NCBI GenBank assembly: GCA_964016885.1
Contig: OZ024751.1
Coordinates: forward strand, 3,162,001-3,226,000
Reading direction: 5' to 3'
Source of the DNA: Eledone cirrhosa
Taxonomy: Eukaryota
DNA: 64,000 bases
Made by a program: the position numbers and the translations under genes. The notes beneath the pieces were generated by a model. That model had not been told where the DNA came from. It saw only the letters and a program-made list of their open reading frames with translations, and did no database searches. Below are positions 51,861 through 64,000 of the stretch, one piece after another (within the stretch, counting starts at the first letter, position 1; each line of letters begins with the position of its first letter).

Positions 51861-53177
51861 TTAACTGTATACTTTGTGAAAAGTCCTATGGAATTTATGC
51901 AGGCAGATAGAAAACAAATCTGTACGTCTATTTATTATAGAATCTAGATTAGAGATAATGGTATATTTTTCATTTAGGCAGAGATTACAGATTTTAGATA
52001 GAGAGCTGTTCAAGTATGAGGATGCAGAAGAAACCTTCTTCCAAAAGATGGTATATTTAATGTTTTTGTCTTTCAAGGACCATATGAGTTCTGAGAGAGC
52101 CGTGTTGGTTCTTTTAAGTTTGTATTTGAAAGATGAATGGTGATTATAGAGACGAGCTTTAAAAGAGGTGGAAGTGGAGCCAAAATAGGTGAAGGAATTG
52201 GTGCTAGTTATAACTTTACATTCATAAATTAAGTTTTTAGCGAGACAATGGTTGTTGAGAGGACATTTATTTTTAATGCGGCAGTTGCAATTAGAGAGAT
52301 TATTAATGAGTGACCTAGTGTTATCTATAGAAGGAATTGGATTGGAGAAGTTGTTTGCGATAGGAATAATAGGAATAATAGTTTCTTGATTTAGAGTTGG
52401 ATTATGAACATTTAGCGAAGTTGTGTTTGACGTTGTATTTGGGTTTACAGAAGTTAGCCTAGAGTTTACAATGACGTCGGGAGTACTATTACTGTTATTA
52501 TGAAATTCAATGTTGGAAGGAAGAGATTTAGTATTTAGTATTTTATTGTTGTGTTTAGAGATGATGTTGGAAATATTGGAGGATGTAGAATAAGAAAATT
52601 TGATGGTGTGTTTGTTAAATATTTTACTATAGATATGTGAGGGAGGGAAGCATTTATTTAAGGCACTAAAAAATAATTTAAGAATATTGTTATTAATAGA
52701 GATGGAGAAGGGAGCATTATACCAGATTATGTTTTTGTATCTAGGTCTTTTATTAAAATTATTGGAATGATCATGATTAATTATTCTACTGTAAGTTTTT
52801 CTAGAATTTGTTTCTTTACTATATTTGATTTTATCTGGATAGCCGGCTTTAGAAAGTGCGTTATTATAGTAATTGGCGTTAGCATCAAAGATGTTTTTAT
52901 TAGAAGATATGTTAGATATTCTTTTTCCAATATTACTAACTATAGCATTCTTGATATTGGTAGGATGGTTAGATTTAAAGTTAACATAATTTAGGTTCTC
53001 ATTGTTTTTATGGTAAGGGTAATATAGGCCAGTGTCAAGATTAAGAGATACATCCAAGAAATTAGCTAGTTTGATACTATTATCAAATTCAATTTTTAGG
53101 TTATGTTGGTTAAAGAGATTACGTATATTGTTCTTAATAATATTAAGGTTAACTATATTGCAATTTAGGATAGTAAA
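51861..53177 (-). CDS. Penelope ORF C-terminal half (RT end, thumb, GIY-YIG), frame uninterrupted but 5'-truncated
   Basis: FLDVSLNL, SNHPTNI, WYNAPFS, CNCRIKNKCPLNNHC, LIYEC...YFGST...FKARLYNH and CNLCLNEK...INRRTDLFSICLH. Confidence 0.85.
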   Translation of the reverse strand, partial: FTILNCNIVNLNIIKNNIRNLFNQHNLKIEFDNSIKLANFLDVSLNLDTGLYYPYHKNNENLNYVNFKSNHPTNIKNAIVSNIGKRISNISSNKNIFDANANYYNNALSKAGYPDKIKYSKETNSRKTYSRIINHDHSNNFNKRPRYKNIIWYNAPFSISINNNILKLFFSALNKCFPPSHIYSKIFNKHTIKFSYSTSSNISNIISKHNNKILNTKSLPSNIEFHNNSNSTPDVIVNSRLTSVNPNTTSNTTSLNVHNPTLNQETIIPIIPIANNFSNPIPSIDNTRSLINNLSNCNCRIKNKCPLNNHCLAKNLIYECKVITSTNSFTYFGSTSTSFKARLYNHHSSFKYKLKRTNTALSELIWSLKDKNIKYTIFWKKVSSASSYLNSSLSKICNLCLNEKYTIISNLDSIINRRTDLFSICLHKFHRTFHKVYS

Positions 53178-55263
53178 TCTCAAGAACACAATTTCTAACC
53201 TAAATTCCTCAAAAAATGTTTTAGTCCACTCTGACAAAACCAATAACTTATATGGTATTTCCAAGGATAATTATAACAACCTTATCCTAAAGGAACTTAG
53301 GAAAAAGTATCGTAAAACCAACCATGAAAATTTAGAATACATAAACCTTGAAGCCTCTGAGATTATGTCAAAACTTGGCATTGAAAAAAAGACCGAACCA
53401 TTCCTCCCAAGAACTCCGAGGATAAATCTCAAGGATCACAAAAACAATTTTCGCACTGAACTACCTGTTAGATTAATCGCCCCCTCTAAATCTGATCTGG
53501 GGGTTGTTAGTAAAGCCATCTTGGATAGAATTATCCCACAGGTTAGTTCTAATTGCTCTTCTTTGAACCTAAATTTATGGTTTGGTACTTCTGAAGTGAT
53601 TGGCTGGCTCAACAAATTGCATAATAAAAACAAACTAAAATTTATTCAATTTGATATTGCCAGCTACTATTCCTCCATTTCGCCTTCACTTCTCAATAAT
53701 GCTCTATCTTTCGCACTTAAATATTCTGACATCACCACAGATGAACTTCACATCATCCTCACCGCACGTAAAACCATCCTAGAGTTCAACAACGAATATT
53801 GGACCAGAGCCGATACCTCTAACAACTTCGACATCACAATGGGAGCATCCGATTCATCACAATTGACTGATTTAATTGGTATCTTCATTTTGAACTCTTT
53901 GAGTCGGAAAATTCCTCAACTTCGCGGTGGAATTTATCGTGACGATGGACTCTTTACTATCCTAAATTGCAATATAGTTAACCTTACTATTATTAAGAAC
54001 AATATACGTAATCTCTTTAACCAACATAACCTAAAAATTGAATTTGATAATAGTATCAAACTAGCTAATTTCTTGGATGTATCTCTTAATCTTGACACTG
54101 GCCTATAAAAACAATAAAAACAATGAGAACCTAAATTATGTTAACTTTAAATCTAACCATCCTACCAATATCAAGAATGCTATAGTTAGTAATATTGGAA
54201 AAAGAATATCTAACATATCTTCTAATAAAAACATCTTTGATGCTAACGCCAATTACTATAATAACGCACTTTCTAAAGCCGGCTATCCAGATAAAATCAA
54301 ATATAGTAAAGAAACAAATTCTAGAAAAACTTACAGTAGAATAATTAATCATGATCATTCCAATAATTTTAATAAAAGACCTAGATACAAAAACATAATC
54401 TGGTATAATGCTCATTTCTCCATCTCTATTAATAACAATATTCTTAAATTATTTTTAGTGCCTTAAATAAATGCTTCCCTCCCTCACATATCTATAGTAA
54501 AATATTTAACAAACACACCATCAAATTTTCTTATTCTACATCCTCCAATATTTCCAACATCATCTCTAAACACAACAATAAAATACTAAATACTAAATCT
54601 CTTCCTTCCAACATTGAATTTCATAATAACAGTAATAGTACTCCCGACGTCATTATAAACCCTAGGCTAACTTCTGTAAACCCAAATACAACGTCAAACA
54701 CAACTTCGCTAAATGTTCATAATCCAACTCTAAATCAAGAAACAACTATTCCTATTATTCCTATCGCAAACAATTTCTCCAATCCAATTCCTTCTATAGA
54801 TAACACTAGGTCACTCATTAATAATCTCTCTAATTGCAACTGCCGCATTAAAAATAAATGTCCTCTCAACAACCATTGTCTCGATAAAAACTTAATTTAT
54901 GAATGTAAAGTTATAACTAGCACCAATTCCTTCACCTATTTTGGCTCCACTTCCACCTCTTTTAAAGCTCGTCTCTATAATCACCATTCATCTTTCAAAT
55001 ACAAACTTAAAAGAACCAACACGGCTCTCTCAGAACTCATATGGTCCTTGAAAGACAAAAACATTAAATATACCATCTTTTGGAAGAAGGTTTCTTCTGC
55101 ATCCTCATACTTGAACAGCTCTCTATCTAAAATCTGTAATCTCTGCCTAAATGAAAAATTTACCATTATCTCTAATCTAGATTCTATAATAAATAGACGT
55201 ACAGATTTGTTTTCTATCTGCCTGCATAAATTCCATAGGACTTTTCACAAAGTATACAGTTAA
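53178..55263 (+). pseudogene. Penelope RT-GIY-YIG ORF, 5'-truncated, with two frame lesions (~54106 and ~54455)
   Basis: SDKTNNLY, LKDHK, VRLIAPSKSDLG, FIQFDIASYYSSI, FDITMGASDSSQLTDLIG and IYRDDGL. The downstream part is split over several ORFs. Confidence 0.9.
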
Positions 55264-56294
55264 TATTCAATTCTTTATCAATTTAGAATCTTTTCTCAAA
55301 GGCACATATACATACACCTCTTTAAAATATACCCATCTACCTTACTTTAAAGGGCATTATACACTCTATAATACTTGTTTACTCATTACCCTCATTCTAT
55401 CTTCACCTTGTAAAATCATAACATATACATTTGTTGTTTTTTTTTGACGTTAGAATATTCATCCGCAATCATTATTATTTTTTCTCTCTATCATAAAACT
55501 TTTTAATCTCAATTTCATCCTTAATTTATTATTTTTTTCTCCCCATCAACGAACTCATTCTTAATACATATTAACTATTTATTCGCATATATTATCAATT
55601 CCTTCAATATACAAACTTTAACTTCACATTATTTTTCTCAAATCCTTCTACACACAAACCTTAATAATGTTTTCTCTTCGTTAATTTTGAAATTGCCACA
55701 ATACTTATCAACATACACTTTTTTGACGTTAGAATATTCATCCACAATTATTATTTTTTCTCTCTATCTTCATACATAAATTCCCTTCGTTAATTTTCAA
55801 ATTCCTTTAATTTATACATTATCTTCCAACGGTTCTCAACCTTTCTATGTAAAAACAATATATCTTTTCTCAGTTATAAAAACTATCTCTTTCTCTCTAT
55901 CACCCATCTCTCCCTCTCCACCTTCACTCTCATCTCCTCCCCCTTTTTTCATCCCTTCCACCCCCCCCCTCCCTAAATAAAATATTTTTCCTCGTACATA
56001 TCCTCCCTTCGTCAATTTTCAAATTCTTTTAATTTATACATTATCTTCCAACGGTTTTCAACCTCTCTATGTAAAACAATATATCTTCTCTCAGTTATAA
56101 AAACTATCTCTTTCTCTCTATCACCCATCTCTCCCTCTCATCTCCTCCCCTTTTTCATCCTTTCCACCCCCCCCCCCCTTCTCTAAATAAAATATTTTTC
56201 CCAATATCACACATCAATCTAAAACCACTTTTCATATGTTGATTTAAAACTGCACTATGCACAAGTGTTTTTTAGCCTTCATATCATGTTCTCC

Positions 56295-56365
56295 TGTTTT
56301 ATCTGATGAAAACACAAATATTATTGCATGATGATGTTTGTTTTTGAAATGCGCATAATAAAATA
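56295..56365 (+). ncRNA. Type I hammerhead, family A, in the 3' pLTR
   Basis: tgttttat-CTGATGA(56303)-aaacacaaata...tgtttgttttt-GAAA(56346)-tgcgca-TA-ataaaata. Stem I 8 bp, palindrome ATGCGCAT, AUA cleavage after 56357. Confidence 0.82.
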
Positions 56366-56491
56366 CATGGAACTCCTTTAACCATCTTTTGATCTTATAT
56401 TATGTATACTCCAGTCCTACAAACTGTAGAGGGCTTCTTATCCGATATCTGCATTGCTTTATTGTACTACATTAAAACTCACCTCCTATAT

Positions 56492-56568
<77 letters not shown>

Positions 56569-56643
56569 TATACACATATATAAGAGAATTTTAAAAGTGA
56601 CTCTCCAGCTACACGTGGGAGAGAGAAGTCACAGCGCGTAATG

Positions 56644-56686
<43 letters not shown>

Positions 56687-56698
56687 ATATATATATAC

Positions 56699-56845
<147 letters not shown>

Positions 56846-56849
56846 CACG

Positions 56850-57022
<173 letters not shown>

Positions 57023-57060
57023 GCACATATATATATATACACATATATATATATTTATAT

Positions 57061-57152
<92 letters not shown>

Positions 57153-57276
57153 GTAGGAGGTGAGTTTTATTGTAGTACAATAAAGCAATGGAGATATCGG
57201 ATAAGTAGCACTCTACAGTTTGTAGGACTGGAGTATAAATAATATAAGATCAAAAGATGGTTAAAAGAGTTCCATG

Positions 57277-57346
57277 TATTTTATTATGCGCATTTCAAAA
57301 ACAAATATTATCATGAGTGACATTTGCGTTTTCGTCAGATAAAATA
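57277..57346 (-). ncRNA. Type I hammerhead, family A (CUGACGA core), in solo pLTR ~57152-57499 with inverted partial copy
   Basis: Plus strand reads tattttattatgcgcatttc...tcgtcag-ataaaata. ~57152-57273 is mirrored at ~57380-57499. Confidence 0.75.
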
Positions 57347-57496
57347 GGGATACATGATATGAAGGTTAAAAAACACTTGGAACTCTTTTAACCATCTGTT
57401 GATCTTATGTTATTTATACTCCAGTCCTACAAACTGTAGAGTGCTACTTATCCGATATCTGCATTGCTTTATTGTACTACAATAAAACTAACCTCC

Positions 57497-57573
<77 letters not shown>

Positions 57574-57732
57574 GTGCGTGTATATAAATATACATATATA
57601 TGTGTATATATATATGTGTATATATATACATGTGTGTATATATATATGTGTGTATATATATATATATATATACACACACATATATATACACACACACATA
57701 TATATATATATACATATATATATTTGTATATA

Positions 57733-57780
<48 letters not shown>

Positions 57781-57847
57781 TATATATATACACACACATA
57801 TATATACACACATATATATACACACACACACATATATATATATAGAC

Positions 57848-57879
<32 letters not shown>

Positions 57880-57928
57880 ATATATATATATATACATATA
57901 TATATACATATATATATTTATATATATG

Positions 57929-58162
<234 letters not shown>

Positions 58163-58414
58163 ATGAGAGGTATAGAGATTGTTTTAGCAAGAAGCTAACG
58201 GCATTCTATAACATATATGCGACTATAACGTCAAGATGGGAAAAGTAGTTAACGAGAGATTTAGGAAAAATAACTCAAACTCATCTCAAAAGAGAATCAG
58301 GATATAAATTCATCCACATAATTTAGTAAAATCCAGGGAAAAATCTATAGACCTTTAACTCATGATAAAATAAAGTTTGAAACACTTATCCTTCAATTTG
58401 GAATAACATCAAAT

Positions 58415-58495
58415 GCTCTGTATAGACTTAAAAGACTATTTCATGAAAACTTTCAGTGGAGATGGTCACGGTTGGATTTCATTCATCAGCAGAGC
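58415..58495 (-). ncRNA. Type I hammerhead, family I
   Basis: Minus strand: gctctg-CTGATGA-atgaaa...tttcat-GAAA-tagtcttttaagtcta-TA-cagagc. Stems I and II are 6 bp each, AUA site. Confidence 0.75.
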
Positions 58496-58586
58496 TCAAC
58501 AGAAAACCAGGGCTCTCACAGTAATATAATCCGAAAAAGGGAATTCTAAAACTGGCTAGTTCGCCCACATGTGTAATTATGAAAAA

Positions 58587-58666
<80 letters not shown>

Positions 58667-58675
58667 CATATATAT

Positions 58676-58711
<36 letters not shown>

Positions 58712-58744
58712 GCTTTTTCATAATTACACATGTATATATATATA

Positions 58745-58797
<53 letters not shown>

Positions 58798-58830
58798 GTA
58801 TATATGTATATATATATATATGTATATATG

Positions 58831-58920
<90 letters not shown>

Positions 58921-58929
58921 CATATATAT

Positions 58930-58965
<36 letters not shown>

Positions 58966-59001
58966 GCTTTTTCATAATTACACATGTATATATATATATA
59001 C

Positions 59002-59081
<80 letters not shown>

Positions 59082-59084
59082 GTC

Positions 59085-59577
<493 letters not shown>

Positions 59578-59590
<13 letters not shown>

Positions 59591-62500
59591 CAAACAAACA
59601 AATTAACAACACACCAAAACAATTAAAACCATCCACTCTCGCCTCTACATTTTTGCTTAACGCCCAAGGCATCAGCCCTTCCACCAATACTCAAAAATGG
59701 AAGATCAAATTCCTGGAGGACTGGATTGATGTCCATCCAAACCACATCCCTTTCTTCGTCCTCACTGAAACCCATCTCAGTAACCTCCACTTGGAAGCCG
59801 AGGTGAAAGTGAAAAATTTCAAAGCCATCCGTGCTGATCGCGCTGGCAGAAGAAAGGGCGGAACTGCCATTTATGTCCATAATTCTTTCTCAACAGAGGC
59901 TATGAACATATTCACTAATGGATACTGTGAGGCAGTCACTGTATTCAGTCAAACCAACAACCTATTAGTAGTTGGGCTCTATAGGCCACCCCAAACGCCT
60001 GTACCATGCTTCAAGGAATGCCTCAACAGCATAAAGTGTTTCATCCAAGAGTGTCACCCTGACAACATCTTAATGATGGGGGACTTCAACCTCCCCGGAG
60101 TTGACTGGTCCACAAACACCCTGCCACCAGGTTCTTCTGCCTCAACCTCTGACAGGGAAGCTGTGGAATCGCTTCTTGACTTCATGGATGATTTCTTCCT
60201 ATCCCAACTAGTGCTCGAACCAACGAGGTGCCACAAAAACGTCCTAGACTTAATTTTCAGCAATCACACTGACAATATCCACAATATTGCAGTGGAGAAA
60301 ACTCTACTCTCTGATCATGACATGGTTCTCTGTGATCTGAGATTCCACCGTCCAATATACAAACCCAATGTCATTTCTCCTGTCCATCCGTTTGACGCTA
60401 TGGATTTCCACAATGCAAACTGGGAAGCGATCAGTCATGATCTTGCACATGTCGACTGGTCCTTCACGCACACTCATACACCCACTAACATCAAAAAGTC
60501 CTGGCAGACATTTGTGGACACTGTTACAAACATATGTGCTAAACACACCCCATTAAGAACTATAAACAAATCTAAGAGCAGAATCCCTAGAAATAGAAAA
60601 ACGCTCATCAGAAAAATTAAGAGAACGAACAAAAAAATCAACAATCTGAAATACTGTCAGCAGCAACACATCAACTTGACTGCCATTTCATCACTAGAGA
60701 TTAAAAAACATAACCTCCAAAACAACATAATGTCCCTCATCAACAATCAGAGAAGAGCTGAAGAGGCCTGGGCCATTGAGAAGATCAAACTCAATCCCAA
60801 AGTGTTCTTTTCATTTGCAAAAAAACACAAAATCACTGGCTCTACTGTTGGCCCTCTAATTGATGAAAATGGCACTCTTCAAGACAATGCTAAAACCATG
60901 GGTGAGATACTGCAGAAACAATACTGCTCTGTTTTCAGCAATCCTGATATGGCCGATCTGGGCTGTATCGGCGATGTTACTCCCCATTACACCTTATCGG
61001 ACATAACGTTTGGCGCCCCTGATGTCTTGGCGGCAATAAAGGAAATCAAGCATAATTCAGCAGTAGGTCCCGATAGGTTCCCTGCTTGTGTCTTGAAGGC
61101 GTGTCAACACCAACTTGCTTCTCCTCTTGCCAATCTGTGGCGGAACTCACTGGATGCTGGATATGTGCCAGAAAACCTTCTATCCCAGTCTGTTGTCCCA
61201 GTTTTCAAAAAGGGAAACAAATCCCTTGCCGTGAATTACCGTCCAATCTCACTCACCTCTCATATCATTAAGGTATTTGAGCGAGTGGTGAGATCGCGAA
61301 TGACCCACTTCCTTGAGAGTAACAATATGTTGAACTCCAACCAGCATGGATTCCGTAATGGAAGGGATTGCCTGACGCAACTACTGCATCACTTTGATGA
61401 CATTTTGAGAGCCTTAGGAGAGGGTTCCAACACTGATGTTATCTACCTTGATTTCAGCAAGGCCTTTGACAGGGTTGATCATAACATTCTACTGAGAAAG
61501 CTGTCCAATATTGGTGTCACTGGAAAGCTGCTGCAGTGGATCAAGAGCTTCCTGTCAAACAGAACCCAACATGTTGTAGTTGAGGGAGTCAAATCAAGCC
61601 CAGCCAAAGTCAGTAGTGGAGTCCCACAAGGCACTGTGTTGGGCCCACTTCTCTTCATCATCTATATTAATGACATCACTGACATCATCAAACACAGCAA
61701 CATTAAAATTTTCGCTGATGATTCCAAGCTCCAAAAGGTCATCAATGGCGTGGATGACCGGATAAGCCTTCAGTCAGACCTACTGGCTGTTACCCAATGG
61801 GCAGAAAAGAACAACATGTTACTGAACGAAGACAAATTCGAACTGATCCACTTTGGAAAAGAGGATGCTCTGAAACTCCCGTACTCCCTTCCCTCCGGGG
61901 AAACTCTCGTGGCATCTAACAACATCAGAGACTTGGGAGTAACCGTGGACAGCAACATAAGCTGGACCACGCATATAAGCAGCAAAGTTGACATGGCCCG
62001 CAGAATGTGTTCCTGGATCCTCAGAACCTTCCAGTCGAGAGATTCCCGCACCATTATCCTTCTCTTCTCTACTTTCGCCCGACCACACCTTGAATACTGT
62101 TGTCCACTGTGGTCTCCCCACACGAAACAAAGTATCATGAAACTTGAAGCTCCTCAAAGGGCAATCACGAAAAAGATAGATGGCATGTCAGACCTTGACT
62201 ACTGGGGTCGATTGGAAAACCTGAAACTTTACTCACTCCAACGTCGCCGTGAGCGTTATATTATCTGCATGATGTGGAAAATGTTCCATTATCACTGCCC
62301 AAATGATGTTGGCATCGCCTTCAAGATACACCCAAGGCTTGGGCCCCGTGCTATCCGTCCCATTCAAAAATCTAAATCGCAACTCATAACAACAATACGG
62401 CACAATTATTTCACCTCAATCGGCCCTGCTCTCTTCAACATCACACCAGGACACGTCAAAACAGAAACTGACCACACAAAATTCAAGAAGTCTTTGGACA

Positions 62501-62598
62501 AATTCCTCCAAGTAATCCCGGACAAACCACCCACACCCGGATATGTCTCCGCAAACAGTAATTCTCTTCTCGAATGGGCCATGGTGCCCAAATCCTGA
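59578..62598 (+). CDS. LINE ORF2: apurinic-like endonuclease and reverse transcriptase, 1006 aa uninterrupted, no 5' AUG
   Basis: APE motifs LTETHL, GLYRPP, MGDFNLP, LDLIF, SDHDMV. RT motifs [38 protein letters not shown]1-like tail [11 protein letters not shown] and [11 protein letters not shown]. Confidence 0.95.
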
Positions 62599-62762
62599 AT
62601 TGAAAGACTTCGCCAGGTGGTGCTATTAAGTTAGACATGGCCTGGGCCAATACTGGCCAAAACATTTCAAAGTTATATATATATATATATATATATATAT
62701 GTCTATATATATATATATGTCTATAATATATAAGATCAAAAGATGGTTAAAAGAGTTCCATA

Positions 62763-62833
62763 TATTTTATTATGCGCATTTCAAAAACAAATATCATCAT
62801 GCAATAACATTTGTGTTTTCATCAGATAAAATA
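62763..62833 (-). ncRNA. Type I hammerhead, family A (left arm of inverted pLTR pair ~62728-63163)
   Basis: Plus strand reads tattttattatgcgcatttc...tcatcag-ataaaata. Confidence 0.8.
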
Positions 62834-62967
62834 GGAAGACATGATATGAAGGTTAAAAAACACTTGTGGAAAGTGCAGTTTTAAATCAACATATGTTGAT
62901 ATGTTGATATGATGATTTAAAACTGCACTATCCACAAGTGTTTTTTAACCTTCATATCATGTCTTCC

Positions 62968-63038
62968 TATTTTATCTGATGAAAACACAAATGTTATTGA
63001 ATGATGATATTTGTTTTTGAAATGCGCATAATAAAATA
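62968..63038 (+). ncRNA. Type I hammerhead, family A (right arm)
   Basis: tattttat-CTGATGA(62976)-aaacacaaat...atttgttttt-GAAA-tgcgca-TA-ataaaata. Confidence 0.8.
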
Positions 63039-63175
63039 CATGGAACTCTTTTAACCATCTTTTGATCTTATATATTATGTATACGCCAGTCCTACAAACT
63101 GTAGAGTGCTTATTATCCGATATCTGCATTGCTTTATTGTACTACAATAAAACTCACCACCTACATATATATGTC

Positions 63176-63210
<35 letters not shown>

Positions 63211-63342
63211 AAATGTAATCGAAGGTTTTCGAACATTAATAATCATATTTAATTCATGCGCAATTATGCAAACAGCCTCTTTTTTGAAGCCATGTCAGTA
63301 GAGTGAGCCCCTCAGTCTTGCTCTTGTGTTGCCAGGTAAACA

Positions 63343-63392
63343 GAACTACGGACACTAATGTTTCTGAGTATTACCCTTCATCAGTACAGTTC
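63343..63392 (-). ncRNA. Type I hammerhead candidate, family J
   Basis: Minus strand: gaactgta-CTGATGA-agggtaatactca-GAAA-cattagtg-TC-cgtagttc. GUC site, with mismatches next to the core. Confidence 0.6.
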
Positions 63393-63634
63393 ATTGTTCA
63401 CCTGCCAACTGTAGAGCTAGTGAAAATATACATAAGCAGATCCACTGATCAGCCAGATTTGCATATCAGCAGACTGGCCAGTCAGTTTCCTGTATACGAG
63501 CGATTAGTGGCCGGCTTGGCCATATTAAAAAAAAATGTTTTTCGCTCTACATGGCTGAATACAATAAACGTAATCTGAGTTTTTAATACATATATCTATA
63601 TATATATATATATAACGGACCTATAACACCCCCC

Positions 63635-63774
<140 letters not shown>

Positions 63775-64000
63775 ATGCTTACGCACGTGCTCAAGTATAG
63801 CTCTTTTTACAAAACGTTTTTTTTTTCATTTCAGGTAGACGCACGCCATCATCCACTTTTCTAAAACCAAATCATACACAAAACGCCAGCACCAACAGTT
63901 TTGCAAGAGATGTCAACATGAATGGACCTATTATTTTTATCTAAAGACAGTTTTTCCAATTCCATCTCGCCCGTCCACTTAATCTATTTTATTTCTCATT

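Larger units (their letters stand above)
50733..56490. mobile_element. Naiad-type Penelope element with a 2.45-kb inverted 3' duplication
   Basis: 50733-53177 is the reverse complement of 53953-56404. The unique spacer 53178-53952 encodes the RT core. Family A pLTRs at both outer ends and (TA/CA)n flanks. Confidence 0.92.

Noticed and set aside
53032-53264. N-terminal extensions of ORFs 53032-54108 (+) and 51861-53264 (-)
   Set aside because: They are antisense read-through across the inversion junction at 53177/53178, not real protein sequence.
35715-55263. Selenocysteine (in-frame TGA) recoding, known in some Naiad elements
   Set aside because: The conserved Cys positions in the EN fragments are normal Cys codons. 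The one internal stop (48604) is TAA at a non-Cys position.
59623-62665. Short antisense and alternate-frame ORFs within LINE ORF2
   Set aside because: Shadow ORFs of the RT coding sequence with no motifs of their own.

Overview
Eukaryotic, repeat-only window with no convincing host gene. The SINE type and the very high (TA)n content suggest an invertebrate, probably a cephalopod (inference). Bases 1-24053 are a satellite of ~251/283-bp monomers. It contains a local 7-monomer higher-order repeat of 1884 bp and one SINE insertion. Bases 24-64 kb are a mosaic of mobile-element pieces, nearly all bounded by (TA)n tracts. These include five Penelope-like (Naiad-type RT/GIY-YIG) fragments, a long-TIR mariner relic, tRNA-derived SINEs and a CR1/L2-group LINE with an intact 1006-aa ORF2. 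Reading both strands by eye gives about 30 type I hammerhead ribozyme motifs in about 11 unrelated sequence families, many in inverted pairs. The most striking structure is a ~559-bp non-coding tandem array (40037-45250) with one hammerhead per unit, folded into a giant palindrome, which resembles a retrozyme or circular-RNA retroposon. Other points of interest are a hammerhead with a compensatory U3-A8 core and two slippery heptamers predicting a -1 ribosomal frameshift into the AUG-less LINE ORF2. All RNA folds were judged by eye and none was computed. Most short ORFs in the track are satellite or microsatellite artefacts.
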